DNA of 64,000 nt from Octopus bimaculoides (lineage: Eukaryota). The notes under the pieces were generated by a model that saw nothing but the letters and a program-made list of their open reading frames with translations, had not been told where the DNA came from and searched no databases. Both the position numbers and the translations under genes were made by a program. Numbering within the stretch: the stretch's first letter is position 1; each line of letters begins with the position of its first letter. Shown here piece after piece: positions 22,035 to 34,559 of this stretch. Location of the stretch: contig NC_068998.1 of assembly GCF_001194135.2 (NCBI RefSeq), forward strand, positions 27,011,568-27,075,567, written 5' to 3'.

Positions 22035-22661
22035 TAGGCGCAATGGCCCAGTGGTTAGGGCAGCGAATTCGCAGTCATAGGATCGCCGTTTCGATTCCCA
22101 GACCGGGCGTTGTGAGTGTTTATTGAGCGAAAACACCTAAAGCTCCACGAAGCTCCGGCAGGGGATAGTGGCGAACCCTGCTGTACTCTTTCACCACAAC
22201 TTTCTCTCACTCTTACTTCCTCTTTCTGTTGTGCCTGTAATTCAAAGGGTAAGCCTTGTCACACTGTGTCACGCTGAATATCCCCGNNNNNNNNNNTAGG
22301 GCAGCGAATTCGCAGTCATAGGATCGCCGTTTCGATTCCCAGACCGGGCGTTGTGAGTGTTTATTGAGCGAAAACACCTAAAGCTCCACGAAGCTCCGGC
22401 AGGGGATAGTGGCGAACCCTGCTGTACTCTTTCACCACAACTTTCTCTCACTCTTACTTCCTCTTTCTGTTGTGCCTGTAATTCAAAGGGTAAGCCTTGT
22501 CACACTGTGTCACGCTGAATATCCCCGAAAACTACGTTAAGGGTACACGTGTCTGTGGAGTGCTCAGCCACTTCCACGTTAATTTCACGAGCAGACTGTT
22601 CCGTTGATGGGATCAACTGGAACCCTCGTCGTCGTAAGCGACGGAGTGCCAACAACAACAA
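22035..22661 (+). mobile_element. tRNA-derived SINE (apparent internal duplication across a 10-N gap)
   Basis: A box TGGCCCAGTGG (22044-54), B box GTTTCGATTCC (22088-98), tail ..GACGGAGTGCC(AAC)n. About 22057-22286 is repeated at 22297-22527. Confidence 0.9.
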
Positions 22662-22699
22662 TCTTCAGAGATGGAATAGTTCTTGTTGAAGTTCTCAAA

Positions 22700-23270
22700 C
22701 ATCATCAATAATTTTATTTCTACAATTACAAACTAGACGATTTGTATTACAGATATGATTAGTTCAGTTCATGAAATATGGATTCTTGGAATAGTATACA
22801 TCCGATGATTTAAGTCGGATGAATTTCAACTTTGATCTTGGTACTATCTTTTCTGTCTAGTGTGGATTATACGTTTGAAATACAATCATGATCAATAATT
22901 TTCTTTGGAAACAAATATGATTTCATGCATATGAAACAGTTGCTGCTCTCTGAACGACCTTGATAGCGATTTTTTAAAATAGCTGTTTTAATATACTTTT
23001 AAACTTCAATCGTTATTAAAATTTAAACATAACCACAGTATCTTTAAAATGATTCAAAGTGCAATGGTAATCTCTTTGAAAGTTTTTGATAGAAAATAGT
23101 TATTGAACAAATGAAAACACAGGTTCAGGAACAGCCTTATCCAATAGAAAATCAAGCCCCCTAGCATAGAAGAGATTTTAGTAGAACAAAATTTCCGCTG
23201 GGTTGAGATATGGCCAAAGAATAGAGGAAACTCAGTTGCCAAGACAAATATTCTACTCACAGTGGTAAGT
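22700..23270 (+). mobile_element. Degenerate RTE-clade LINE fragment
   Basis: PSIEEILVEQNFRWV..IEETQLPRQIFYSQ at ~23160-23262. The left boundary is uncertain. Confidence 0.55.
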
Positions 23271-23425
23271 GAAATCAGAGTAAAACCTGACGGAGATATA
23301 AGAGCTGGCTAAGTGTAATTACCTTTACCCGCAGCGGAAGAAAGTAGCCGACGGATGAAATTGACTGACCACTGACATTATTTAATAACATTTCATATCG
23401 ACTTTCATCAACGATAAACGATGGA

Positions 23426-23479
<54 letters not shown>

Positions 23480-25469
23480 CTCTCTCTCTTTCTCTCTGCG
23501 TACATAAGGGAGAGAATATGGGTGTGCCACGTAGTCAGTTGATAATTGACAATAATTTTAGACGCCCTCAAAAGACAAAGTACATCCCAACCGAATCCTT
23601 TAAACCGAATACAAGCACGCACACACACACACNNNNNNNNNNNNNNNNNNNNNNNNNNNNNNNNNNNNNNNNNNNNNNNNNNNNNNNNNNNNNNNNNNNN
23701 NNNNNNNNNNNNNNNNNNNNNNNNNNNNNNNNNNNNNNNNNNNNNNNNNNNNNNNNNNNNNNNNNNNNNNNNNNNNNNNNNNNNNNNNNNNNNNNNNNNN
23801 NNNNNNNNNNNNNNNNNNNNNNNNNNNNNNNNNNNNNNNNNNNNNNNNNNNNNNNNNNNNNNNNNNNNNNNNNNNNNNNNNNNNNNNNNNNNNNNNNNNN
23901 NNNNNNNNNNNNNNNNNNNNNNNNNNNNNNNNNNNNNNNNNNNNNNNNNNNNNNNNNNNNNNNNNNNNNNNNNNNNNNNNNNNNNNNNNNNNNNNNNNNN
24001 NNNNNNNNNNNNNNNNNNNNNNNNNNNNNNNNNNNNNNNNNNNNNNNNNNNNNNNNNNNNNNNNNNNNNNNNNNNNNNNNNNNNNNNNNNNNNNNNNNNN
24101 NNNNNNNNNNNNNNNNNNNNNNNNNNNNNNNNNNNNNNNNNNNNNNNNACTTGTCATTAATGAAAAGAACAAACTTATTGCCTGGAGATAAGGGGAGAGT
24201 CGTTGATATGTGTTTCTGCCTCATCAGCATGACAATTGCCTTTCCCTGTCTCAGTCTAGCAGCCCTAGGAGATGGACACGGTGGGAGAATGAGTTGTAAA
24301 ATTACAAATACATTTCAGGAACTATCTCAGTGTGACAGCTACTATAATACATAACGAAACAAAATCTCTAAAAGCAAAACAAACAACGTTGTTCTGATAG
24401 ACCAAATTTGAACTTACTGATTCCAATGCTCTTCCGAAATGTACTTTCTACAATAAAAAGAAGCAATGAAACAAAAAGTATAAAACGAAATGTGGAACAC
24501 TGACTCGCAAGTTGAAGAAAAACGTTAGCTTCACCTATCAATTCACTATCAATTTCATTATTTTTCTCTTCTCACTTTCCGTGGTATCGAATTTCATTTA
24601 CGAAGCTGCCATGGCCAGAAATAATGGAAAAATACTGAATATAAATATAAATGTGCAAGTTGTGAATTGTGATGTAGGCCCAGGTCATTAACAAGAAAAC
24701 TGTACACTGGGGTCAACTGACACATGGACTTCTTCAATAAAACATATTTACGACTCTGAATATATTAAAGCTTGGTATAATAAAAGAGTTACATGAGATA
24801 AAATATATTGTACGGAAAACTATTGCATTACATTCTAATACATAATAGACCAATATAGAATTAAATTATGTTGACCGAATGCAAATGCAATGTAGAAAAT
24901 GTAATCTAAATGCGACATATCTGCAATATGTCATATTCCTAACATTTTATGAAAGGTTTGTGTGAGATGCAAAGAAAGAGAGAGAAAAACGGAAGAATGC
25001 TTTTATACATTTTTATAAGCATGTTTGTGTGTGTGTGTGTCTGTGTGTATACATATATATAATTATGTATGAATGCATATATACATATATATACATATAT
25101 ATATATATATTTATATACGTATGTATATATATATNNNNNNNNNNNNNNNNNNNNNNNNNNNNNNNNNNNNNNNNNNNNNNNNNNNNNNNNNNNNNNNNNN
25201 NNNNNNNNNNNNNNNNNNNNNNNNNNNNNNNNNNNNNNNNNNNNNNNNNNNNNNNNNNNNNNNNNNNNNNNNNNNNNNNNNNNNNNNNNNNNNNNNNNNN
25301 NNNNNNNNNNNTGTGTGTGTGTGTGTGTGTGTGTGTTTATAAATATATATATATATATATATATGAAAATATATGAAAATATTTAAACTTCTGTGCCACT
25401 AGAAAGCTTTCTTTTCTGAAATAACTGAAACAGCTATCGACTACTGTGGCATGAGGCGCACAAAACCCA

Positions 25470-27480
25470 CTCACAAATCAAATAATTTGATTGAACTATT
25501 CTAATCCTATATTTTAGATATGGTTCCCGATATACATTTCGCTATATACTCTAGTATCTTCCCAAATAAACATGATTCTGATATTAAGAAATTTTACTAA
25601 ACGTCTCTTCTATAAGAACAAATACACAACTATACACAACTCCTTAATGAGAGAATTGCCCAAAATATTAAGACTAGAGAACAAACTTATAAAATAAGCA
25701 CTCAGTAAAAAATATAGCTAATAAAATTAATCTAGATAATAGGCTAAAACGTCCCTCTAAAAGGTAATCATGTCGCATAATGCCTATAAAGAGAACTTTG
25801 CCTTCAATTCAAATTTAAATTAAATTACTCCCACAAAAAAACAGAGATCGGATTAATAAGAAAAGTTTCAATAAAATTAACTGATATATTGGTTTCAAAT
25901 TTTGACACAAGGCCAGGATTTCGTGAATAGGAAGTAAGCCAGTTGCATTGATCCTAGTGCTTAAATAGTATTTATTTTATCAACCTCGAAAGCGTGAAAG
26001 GCAAAGTCGACTTCAGGGAAATTTGAACTCAGAACGTAAATACGCGCGAAATGCCACTAGACATTTTACCTGGCGTGCTAACGATTCTGTCAGCTCGCTA
26101 CTATAATAGACTAAACTATTAAGAAGCCAACTAGACCACAATAACCGTCTTTAGCTGATTTAACAATATTTATAATAAATGCCTTCAAGATTACTTAGTT
26201 CGGTGTGTTATCTTTCTGTCTCTAAACCTGTCTTATTTAGTACCCTGTATTTTGCTAGCGTGTACAATACAAATAGATGACAATAGTGTAGATATCATTA
26301 TTGCAGACAAGAAAGATTCTGCTCTTTGATAAAAACTCTACCAGGGTCAAAACACTCAAACCACAGTTTTTTCGATGTCAGAATAAGGTTGGTTGGTCGT
26401 CCAAAGATATTCACTATTTTTAGCGTAATTATTCCAGATGTACTAAGAAATTTAGCAAAATAATGTTTGATAATATCCCAACATTCAAATGGATATATAT
26501 TTAATACATTTAGTAAAGATCTTCTTAATGACTTCAAAAGTCTCGTCTTAAACATAAGTAACATCAATGATATTATTATCGTAAATTTGAAAGATGTTGC
26601 CCGCAATTTTATAACAAATACAAACTTTGGAGCAAACTAGTTAAAAATTTGCATACATAAATATAGACTCTTACCACCCACCTACAGTTTTCAAAAACCT
26701 GATAAATAATATGAGTAGAACCATTTTCCCCTTGTCAGCGATCTTCATTAAGCAGCTCCTTATTATAATAGCGCATTAGAAGCTAGAAGTATCAAAAGAT
26801 AGATTATATATATCTCTTACTTTCTGCTATTCAATACAAAGAAGAGACACTGCAATATCATATAATTCACACCTTCTTTTTCCTCCTTTAGTCTAATATT
26901 CTTAACAAGTTCTATCCCTGATAGATAAACATTTCCCAAACAATGACCGCTACAGAAACCTAGCTAATGGAAACACTAAAAGATGAGTTAGAGCTGTACG
27001 CACAACATGAAAAATTGTGTAGCAATTAAACTAAGTTAACTGAAATGAGGAAACATAAAGCATCTTCTTCAATCTTGTAATGCTGAAGCGATTACATATA
27101 AAAACGTGAAGTCACGTTCACCAAACCGAACCTCAATGTATAGTGGAAAGTAAAGTTGAACAACTTTACTCCAATCGATACTTCTTCCTTCAGACATATA
27201 GAAAAGAAGAATATAACATTATCCAGCTACAACAGGATTTTGAAAGAACATAACACTTATTTTGATATAAAGTGAAAGATACTTTAAAGACGTTGATCAC
27301 ATAGAACAAAACGATGGAATTTTTATACAGCCTCATACTAGATAAATAGTATTACATATGATTTAAATAGAGGATTGGAGATATTTACTAAATATTGACA
27401 CTTTGAAAGAATCTTTGAAGCCTACAATACCACTGGCTAAAAACTAGACTAGCACTAGCATTAAACCATACCATTCCAGT
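25470..27480 (+). mobile_element. Degenerate Penelope-like element (RT and GIY-YIG region)
   Basis: HPPTVFKNL..AAPYYNSALEAR (26650-26790) plus further PLE-like remnants up- and downstream. Interrupted by a SINE at 25885-26100. Confidence 0.6.
25885..26100 (-). mobile_element. Octopus-type SINE
   Basis: ..GAAAGGCAAAGTCGAC..TTTGAACTCAGAACGTAA..GCTAACGATTCTGTCAGCTCGC. Confidence 0.85.
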
Positions 27481-27610
27481 TTTACTTATCAATTAACCTT
27501 CTCAAATGTAGTATGATCTTATAGCCCTTTCCTATTCCTTGTAAATTTCAATATTGCTTTTTTTCTAAACCATTCTCAATGTTTAACTTTCATTCACTTT
27601 TTGTTCATTC

Positions 27611-27677
<67 letters not shown>

Positions 27678-28128
27678 NNNNNNNNNNNNNNNNNNNNNNN
27701 NNNNNNNNNNNNNNNNNNNNNNNNNNNNNNNNNNNNNNNNNNNNNNNNNNNNNNNNNNNNNNNNNNNNNNNNNNNNNNNNNNNNNNNNNNNNNNNNNNNN
27801 NNNNNNNNNNNNNNNNNNNNNNNNNNNNNNNNNNNNNNNNNNNNNNNNNNNNNNNNNNNNNNNNNNNNNNNNNNNNNNNNNNNNNNNNNNNNNNNNNNNN
27901 NNNNNNNNNNNNNNNNNNNNNNNNNNNNNNNNNNNNNNNNNNNNNNNNNNNNNNNNNNNNNNNNNNNNNNNNNNNNNNNNNNNNNNNNNNNNNNNNNNNN
28001 NNNNNNNNNNNNNNNNNNNNNNNNNNNNNNNNNNNNNNNNNNNNNNNNNNNNNNNNNNNNNNNNNNNNNNNNNNNNNNNNNNNNNNNNNNNNNNNNNNNN
28101 NNNNNNNNNNNNNNNNNNNNNNNNNNNN

Positions 28129-28184
<56 letters not shown>

Positions 28185-28620
28185 AATGCATTCATACATA
28201 AATGTATAAGGTTGTGCCTATGTATGTACATATAAACATTATGTATTGTATGTAGGAATGTGCTTAATATACATGTGCGTATATATATGCATATGTGTGT
28301 CTATGTGTTTGTATGTTTGTGTGTGTGTCTTTTTATGAATATATATGTATTGTGTATTTAACAGTCAAGCCTCTTTCTGTCTAGGTTTTTGTAATAAAAT
28401 TCTTTTTATCACCATGGCAGCTTGGAAGTTCGAGCTTGAGAATCTATTTAATCAATAGAAATATATACTTTTAATTCATGTTACTCATTATATAATATAA
28501 ACTTGCCTTTGTTTTGAAATTCGATAATTCACTAGTACATTTTTTTTTTAATCGGGGTTTTTTTCTGATTTTTGTCCAAATGTATTGAAATTTAATGTGG
28601 TATAGAATTTGTTTCCCCAT

Positions 28621-28675
<55 letters not shown>

Positions 28676-29059
28676 CGTGCGTATGTGTTATCATGACGAG
28701 AGCCAAAACAACTCAAATCCCCACCAACAATAACAAGGACAACGCTAGAACAGTAGTTGGAGATAAGTGTAACAATATAAATCAGAACTGAAGCGAGTAT
28801 AAAAACCTCTGCTAGAAACGAAAACCGGGTATCTTATTGTTTTCACGTATTGTGGTCGTTATCACGTTCTGCTATCTGCTCATATATAGGCGTACTAAGA
28901 TTATGGTGAAAGTAAGGTTAAGGTTAATAGATATGGGACCAGTCAGCAAAAAGAGTTTCTATGTTGCGTACACAAATCTTTTCCAACTGAAGTCGAGATT
29001 TACGCCTTGTTCAAGCGTACTATATTAAGTTTTGTAGTAGCAGTGTTACTCCAAAAGAA

Positions 29060-29430
29060 ATTCTAGATTTCAAATTTAGGAAGATTTTTCTCGACTCTTC
29101 TCCGAGACATGAACAGCAATGAAGTCAGCGCTTTCAGACTGGCCTCCAAATATGTTCTGGCTTGCGTGGAGCAGCCAAATTTCTTGGTACATTTAGAAGC
29201 ATTTTCATCAACAAATCGCTTATCAGTGTTAGTGGATGGCAGGAATATCTTTCCAGACGCACGTTTTGCGTTAGTGTGAGGAACCGATGAGGGTGTGGAG
29301 TGCAAAAGCCTCAAACTTATTCAGGTAGTTCCAACTGTCTGGCAGGTACTGCCTTGATTACACAGATGTGCTAATGTGAGTTTGGACAAACCACATCAGG
29401 TCATCCAGTTCGGTTCTCGGATAATTAGCG
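29060..29430 (+). mobile_element. Possible very old RTE-type RT fragment
   Basis: Frameshifted remnants KFLGT, RVWS..KL, CE.WT in the expected order. Confidence 0.35.
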
Positions 29431-29697
29431 ACAAAAACTACAAGCTTGTGATTTGAACGGAAAATTTAGATGGGCTTACTTTTTATAAATCTTTCTTTTA
29501 TCTGATCTGTAACTGTAAAACTTTTTACTATTTTACTAGTGTTTCCAGAGACTATGTGCGGGGAATAGTGCCAAAAGCCTTCTGGAAATCAATCCGTATC
29601 ATACCCACACTCTTCTTTTTCCTTCGCACTTGGGTCGGTGTAATCGACTAACCTCAAAATTTCAGGCCTTCTGCCTATAGTAGAAAGGATGATGATG

Positions 29698-29730
<33 letters not shown>

Positions 29731-30247
29731 GAGTGAGAGAGCAGTGCATGCCATCAAAGTGACACTGGGATAAAATATAAGAAGCTCAGTATACCCATCA
29801 TGACTACCCGTCTGATAAGGGTACACCAGGCACATGCATCACAACCATGTGTGCGCGACATGGTAATCTCATATCAAGATAAACAGCGCATGNNNNNNNN
29901 NNNNNNNNNNNNNNNNNNNNNNNNNNNNNNNNNNNNNNNNNNNNNNNNNNNNNNNNNNNNNNNNNNNNNNNNNNNNNNNNNNNNNNNNNNNNNNNNNNNN
30001 NNNNNNNNNNNNNNNNNNNNNNNNNNNNNNNNNNNNNNNNNNNNNNNNNNNNNNNNNNNNNNNNNNNNNNNNNNNNNNNNNNNNNNNNNNNNNNNNNNNN
30101 NNNNNNNNNNNNNNNNNNNNNNNNNNNNNNNNNNNNNNNNNNNNNNNNNNNNNNNNNNNNNNNNNNNNNNNNNNNNNNNNNNNNNNNNNNNNNNNNNNNN
30201 NNNNNNNNNNNNNNNNNNNNNNNNCAATTAAGATCAGAAGCCATGAG

Positions 30248-30248
<1 letters not shown>
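29731..30248 (-). mobile_element. (TAA)n-embedded retroposon, copy C (spans a gap)
   Basis: Plus strand (ATT)n-GAGTGAGAGAGCAGTGCATGCCATCAAAGTGACAC...AGAAGCCATGAGA-(TTA)n. Confidence 0.88.
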
Positions 30249-30337
<89 letters not shown>

Positions 30338-30340
<3 letters not shown>

Positions 30341-30705
30341 TAGTTTTATTTTTATAGCGTGCTTTCACTTCACTACCGAGCACAGCTCTGTGTGCCTTAG
30401 GTATGTGCTGTGGTGTGCTGTGATGCTCTTATGGTTACTACGTTTTGCGTAGAATGTGTGCAGAGCCCAGTAGTGCAATTTTCTGTATGTTATATATATT
30501 TGTAAGTCCTGGTGTTTTTGTTATGTATTTGTCTGAAGATTTTTTATCATACCTAATGCGCCCACTATGATAAGAGTTGTTTCTGTCTTTAGACTCCACA
30601 TTCGAGTTACCTCTTTTTCCAGGTCTTTGTATTTTGAATGTTTCTCCATTTCTTTTAGAGAAACGTTGTCATCTGCTGGTAGTGATATATCAATTAGTAA
30701 GCATT
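30338..30705 (-). mobile_element. R4/Dong-clade LINE 3' end (restriction-like endonuclease C-terminus, 3' UTR, (AAT)n tail)
   Basis: CLLIDISLPADDNVSLKEMEKHSKYKDLEKEVTRMWSLKTETTLIIVGALGMIK..IQKIALLGSAHILRK. 3' UTR ends AATAAAACTACTG(AAT)n. Confidence 0.88.
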
Positions 30706-31208
30706 GAGCGGGGGCCAGAGAGCAGTGCATGCCATCAAAGTGACACTGGGGTACATATATACGTGACATATATGTGCGTGACACGGTGATTTCATAGCGA
30801 GATAAACAGCACATGACCTAGCAGGTTGGGCCCAGACAGAATTTTCTTTAGGTCGAGTAGCCCATCTCACTCAAAATGTCCCTGAATAGGGGATGTTTAA
30901 GGATGTTGAACGAAATACCCATGTTCCCAGAGGTGAATTATTCAAACCCCAAAGAATTCCTCTCAACACATGGCTATGATGCTCCCCTACTACTTCTGCT
31001 CCTGATCAGAGATGCACATATCGTCAGTCGCTAAGGATCATGCTCGACTGGTTAAGTTTAAGCAACTGACAAACAAATCTGTGGTATTGAGCAGAATGTT
31101 TGCTATAGCCCATGTTTTATACCAAGACAAAACATGTACATGATAACACTTCCAATCAATTAAGATCAGAAGCCATGAGAGCCACTACCTGTTGCTGCAT
31201 CAAAGCAT
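30706..31208 (-). mobile_element. (TAA)n-embedded retroposon, copy D (longest copy, fused to the Dong fragment)
   Basis: Collinear with copies A-C. (TTA)n at 31219-31292. Confidence 0.88.
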
Positions 31209-31217
31209 TTATCGTTG

Positions 31218-31293
<76 letters not shown>

Positions 31294-31745
31294 TTTTTTA
31301 TTTATTTTAATTCTTATTAGTAGTAGAAACAGCAGCAGCAGTAGTAGCAGTATTATTTATGCTCTTATAGTGACTATTAATACATAGTTTCAAGAGGAAA
31401 CTCCATGTGCAGAACTGACAGCAGTAAAACTATACTATTTAATAACTGGCTATCAATCGCCTTATCGTCTGCTAGTTTCAAAAGAGCTGAAAAAGGGGGA
31501 GAAAGAAAGACAAGATAAAAGGGAGAATGAAAAAAAAGGAAAATAAGGAAAATAAAAAAAAACTATGGAGGCAGAAAGAAAAAAGAAGTATTTTAATGTC
31601 AAAATATGTTAGAAACGTCTTGTTTAGCTTGGAGCTTTGATTCTCTGGTGATTAAACATTTCCAACATAATGTTGACACAAATACAAAAATATGGTTATT
31701 GTTATTTTGTTTCATCCACAAATAATGATAGTAGTAGTAGTAGTG

Positions 31746-31808
<63 letters not shown>

Positions 31809-32292
31809 CAAAGCATGTTACAAAGTGGTTAACGAACGTAAGGGGAGGTAAGCTTAAACACAAACGCACCAACGCATACATCCAGGCATGAAGCATATGT
31901 GCGTATGTGCGCGCGTGTGTGTGTGTGAGTGTGTGTGTGTGTGTAATCGTGTGTGTGTGTGCGTGAGTGTGTGTATGTGTGTGGGGGGTGTAAACGGGAA
32001 ATGGCGCAAAATATGTATTACAGTATATCAAAACTTTAAAAAATTTGACACAATTATTTAATAGAAGCACACATAATGAACACACGTAAATAACCGAATA
32101 TGTGTATGTATGTTCATGTGTTTGCATATGTGCGCGGAATCATGGTGCGTGGTGTGTATGTCACCCACTTAGCATCAGAGTTTAACATCTAGGTTGAATC
32201 AGAGAAGCAAACAACCCCAATCATATTCCACTTCTGTTAATACACGCATTAATATGCACATACAAGCATATATATATATATATACACACACA

Positions 32293-32330
<38 letters not shown>

Positions 32331-32382
32331 AGTATATACATCCATTTCTACTCGAGGCACAAGGCCCGAAATTTTGGTGGAG

Positions 32383-32510
32383 CATCTCGTCAGACCCTAA
32401 ATACTATATATAATGTATATATATATATATACACATATTGTCAGTAAATCATAATCCGAAAGAGAAGCACACTCTAGATTATAGAGCAGTATTTAGGGTC
32501 TGGCGAGATG
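32383..32510. repeat. Short inverted repeat / possible MITE
   Basis: CATCTCGTCAGACCCTAAATACT (32383-32405) versus AGTATTTAGGGTCTGGCGAGATG (32488-32510): 22 of 23 complementary. Confidence 0.8.
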
Positions 32511-34559
32511 TTGTAAAGGTAAGTAAGCATTTTATGGATGCGAAACCCTGGGTAACCCCATAGACCGGTCATAGCTATCATTATTTAAATGTGTGTATGT
32601 GTGTGTGTAATATGGTCTGAATTATGCATCACCGGATTGATTATACAAAGGTTCAGTCATGATAAGCTATGTCACACTGATTTTCATTGAGAATTACTTT
32701 CAGAATACAAATGTCTGTGGAATACACGTAGCTAATCGAATGTGTAGATAATTCAGTTGATCAGTCATCGTCGAAATGGGTGGAGATCCATTTACGTACC
32801 TTTTTTTTTTTATACACACATACATACATACATACATACATATCAAAACAAACGACTGGAAAAATTTGGTATATTTTTAATTCCATGTCACACGTGTTGC
32901 CTTGCAAGATAGGGGTTACAAAGTTGGACATATAGAAAAAACATTTATAGAATCTCCTGTTCGTTATTCTTCAGATAAAGATTACAAGATAATACAAAAT
33001 TAATAGATGTGCGCATACTAATTGTATAAAACGTTAAAATGCGCTTGTATGATTGTCAGTTATATGGGATGTCAAAAAGAGACAGTATTTTTAATAGAGG
33101 TCCTTCGAAATTCCTGCCATTGGTTACACCTGGCACTTAGCTTGCACCTCTGACACTATGAAGCGCCTGTGTACGATAGTTTCTTTTCAATGCAAGTTAT
33201 TTTGTTGTCGTATATGTGTAGTTATATGTGTGTATGTATGTATGCATGTACGTGTCTTAGTTTATTCATGCTCATGTGTAACAAGTAGTAAACAAATTCG
33301 TTTCAGGTTATTTAGTATAAAATTCAGTGTGAGTGATAGTGTGTTGTGTTAGTAAGAGTGGACAAAAGAGATAAAGCAGGGGAAAATCAATAGAATATGT
33401 ACACTGGTACAACAGACAAAATATGTAAAATACTAGGTTATAGGCAGATCCATTTAAATTATTCTCATTCCATAATATTTACAAATCTAATTCAGATTTT
33501 TAAAAATAACTCTTGAAGTTAAAAAGAATCATACAAATGATAGTGTAATCTTTCTTTTTACTTTGTATATCCAATTATTCATTTTTTTTTTTATTATTAT
33601 TCAAGCCAATTTGTGTTGAATTTATTCCCGCGTCAATTAGTAGACAACAATGTTCTTCAAAACAAGCGTGACAGTGGTATATGTTTCAATCTAACTGGTT
33701 GAAAATATAAAGAATATCGGAGTACAAAAATAAGAATTGAAAAAATGTGTTGTTAAAATGGATATTTTAGTAAATATATGAATCCAGTTGATTAAAAATA
33801 CAACGTATATTGAGTTACATAAATTAGAATAAAAGAAATGAGTTGTCGAAATTTACATTTTGATTCTATATTTCGCACAAATCAAATTGTGTTTGACGTA
33901 GTATCGAACTCCTTCAAATAAATGCTTGAAGTTTTGAACATAATATAGATTCCGTAGAAAAACAATATCCGTGAACTCCGAACGAAAGAAACGATAATAT
34001 ATGCAATAGCAATATACACAAAATACTACACTGCAACTCTGTGTGTGTGTGTGTCTGTGTCTGTCTGTCTGTGTGTGTGTTTGTGTGTGTGTTTGCACTG
34101 TTTATGTGTGTGTGTGTATATATTTGTGTATGTGCGTGTGTATGCGTGTCAAGCAAATTAACAAATGTGTAAACATATTACAATTAAACATACATGAAGA
34201 ATGGTGTGTTAACTCGGACGAAAAAGAAAAACTTATTTAACATTACAATGAAGAAGATCAAAGGTAACGCGTAGTAATTCAACAAACATGTTGAAACAAA
34301 ATGTCATGTAATTTATGAGCATGTTGATTAAGAAAATAGACTGAAGTTCAGGTAGTTTAAAATAGAAGCGGAGTAGGTTCGCAGTAAAAATATAACTTAT
34401 TTCACACATAACATAAAAAGGGTCTACAGAAAGTTTTCGGGATGACTTGACAAGGTTTTCCTGAAATGATGTAATTTTTTTTTTTTTTTTGTCTTTTACT
34501 TTTATATCTGAAGAACATTTATACTATCTTGAATCAAGTTTCACTATTTTCTTCATACT

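Noticed and set aside
22037-22109. tRNA-like sequence with A and B boxes
   Set aside because: It continues into a SINE body and (AAC)n tail, has imperfect stems and has no T-run terminator: a SINE head, not a tRNA gene.
24212-24233. Minus-strand GUC-aug-CUGAUGA-ggca-GAAAC containing all hammerhead core boxes
   Set aside because: Only 3 nt are available for stem I and 4 unpairable nt for stem II, so it cannot fold as a hammerhead in cis. Treated as chance.
33641-33676. 36-nt micro-exon candidate (xDNNVLQNKRDS)
   Set aside because: Weak acceptor and donor, too short to distinguish from chance, and no supporting exons.
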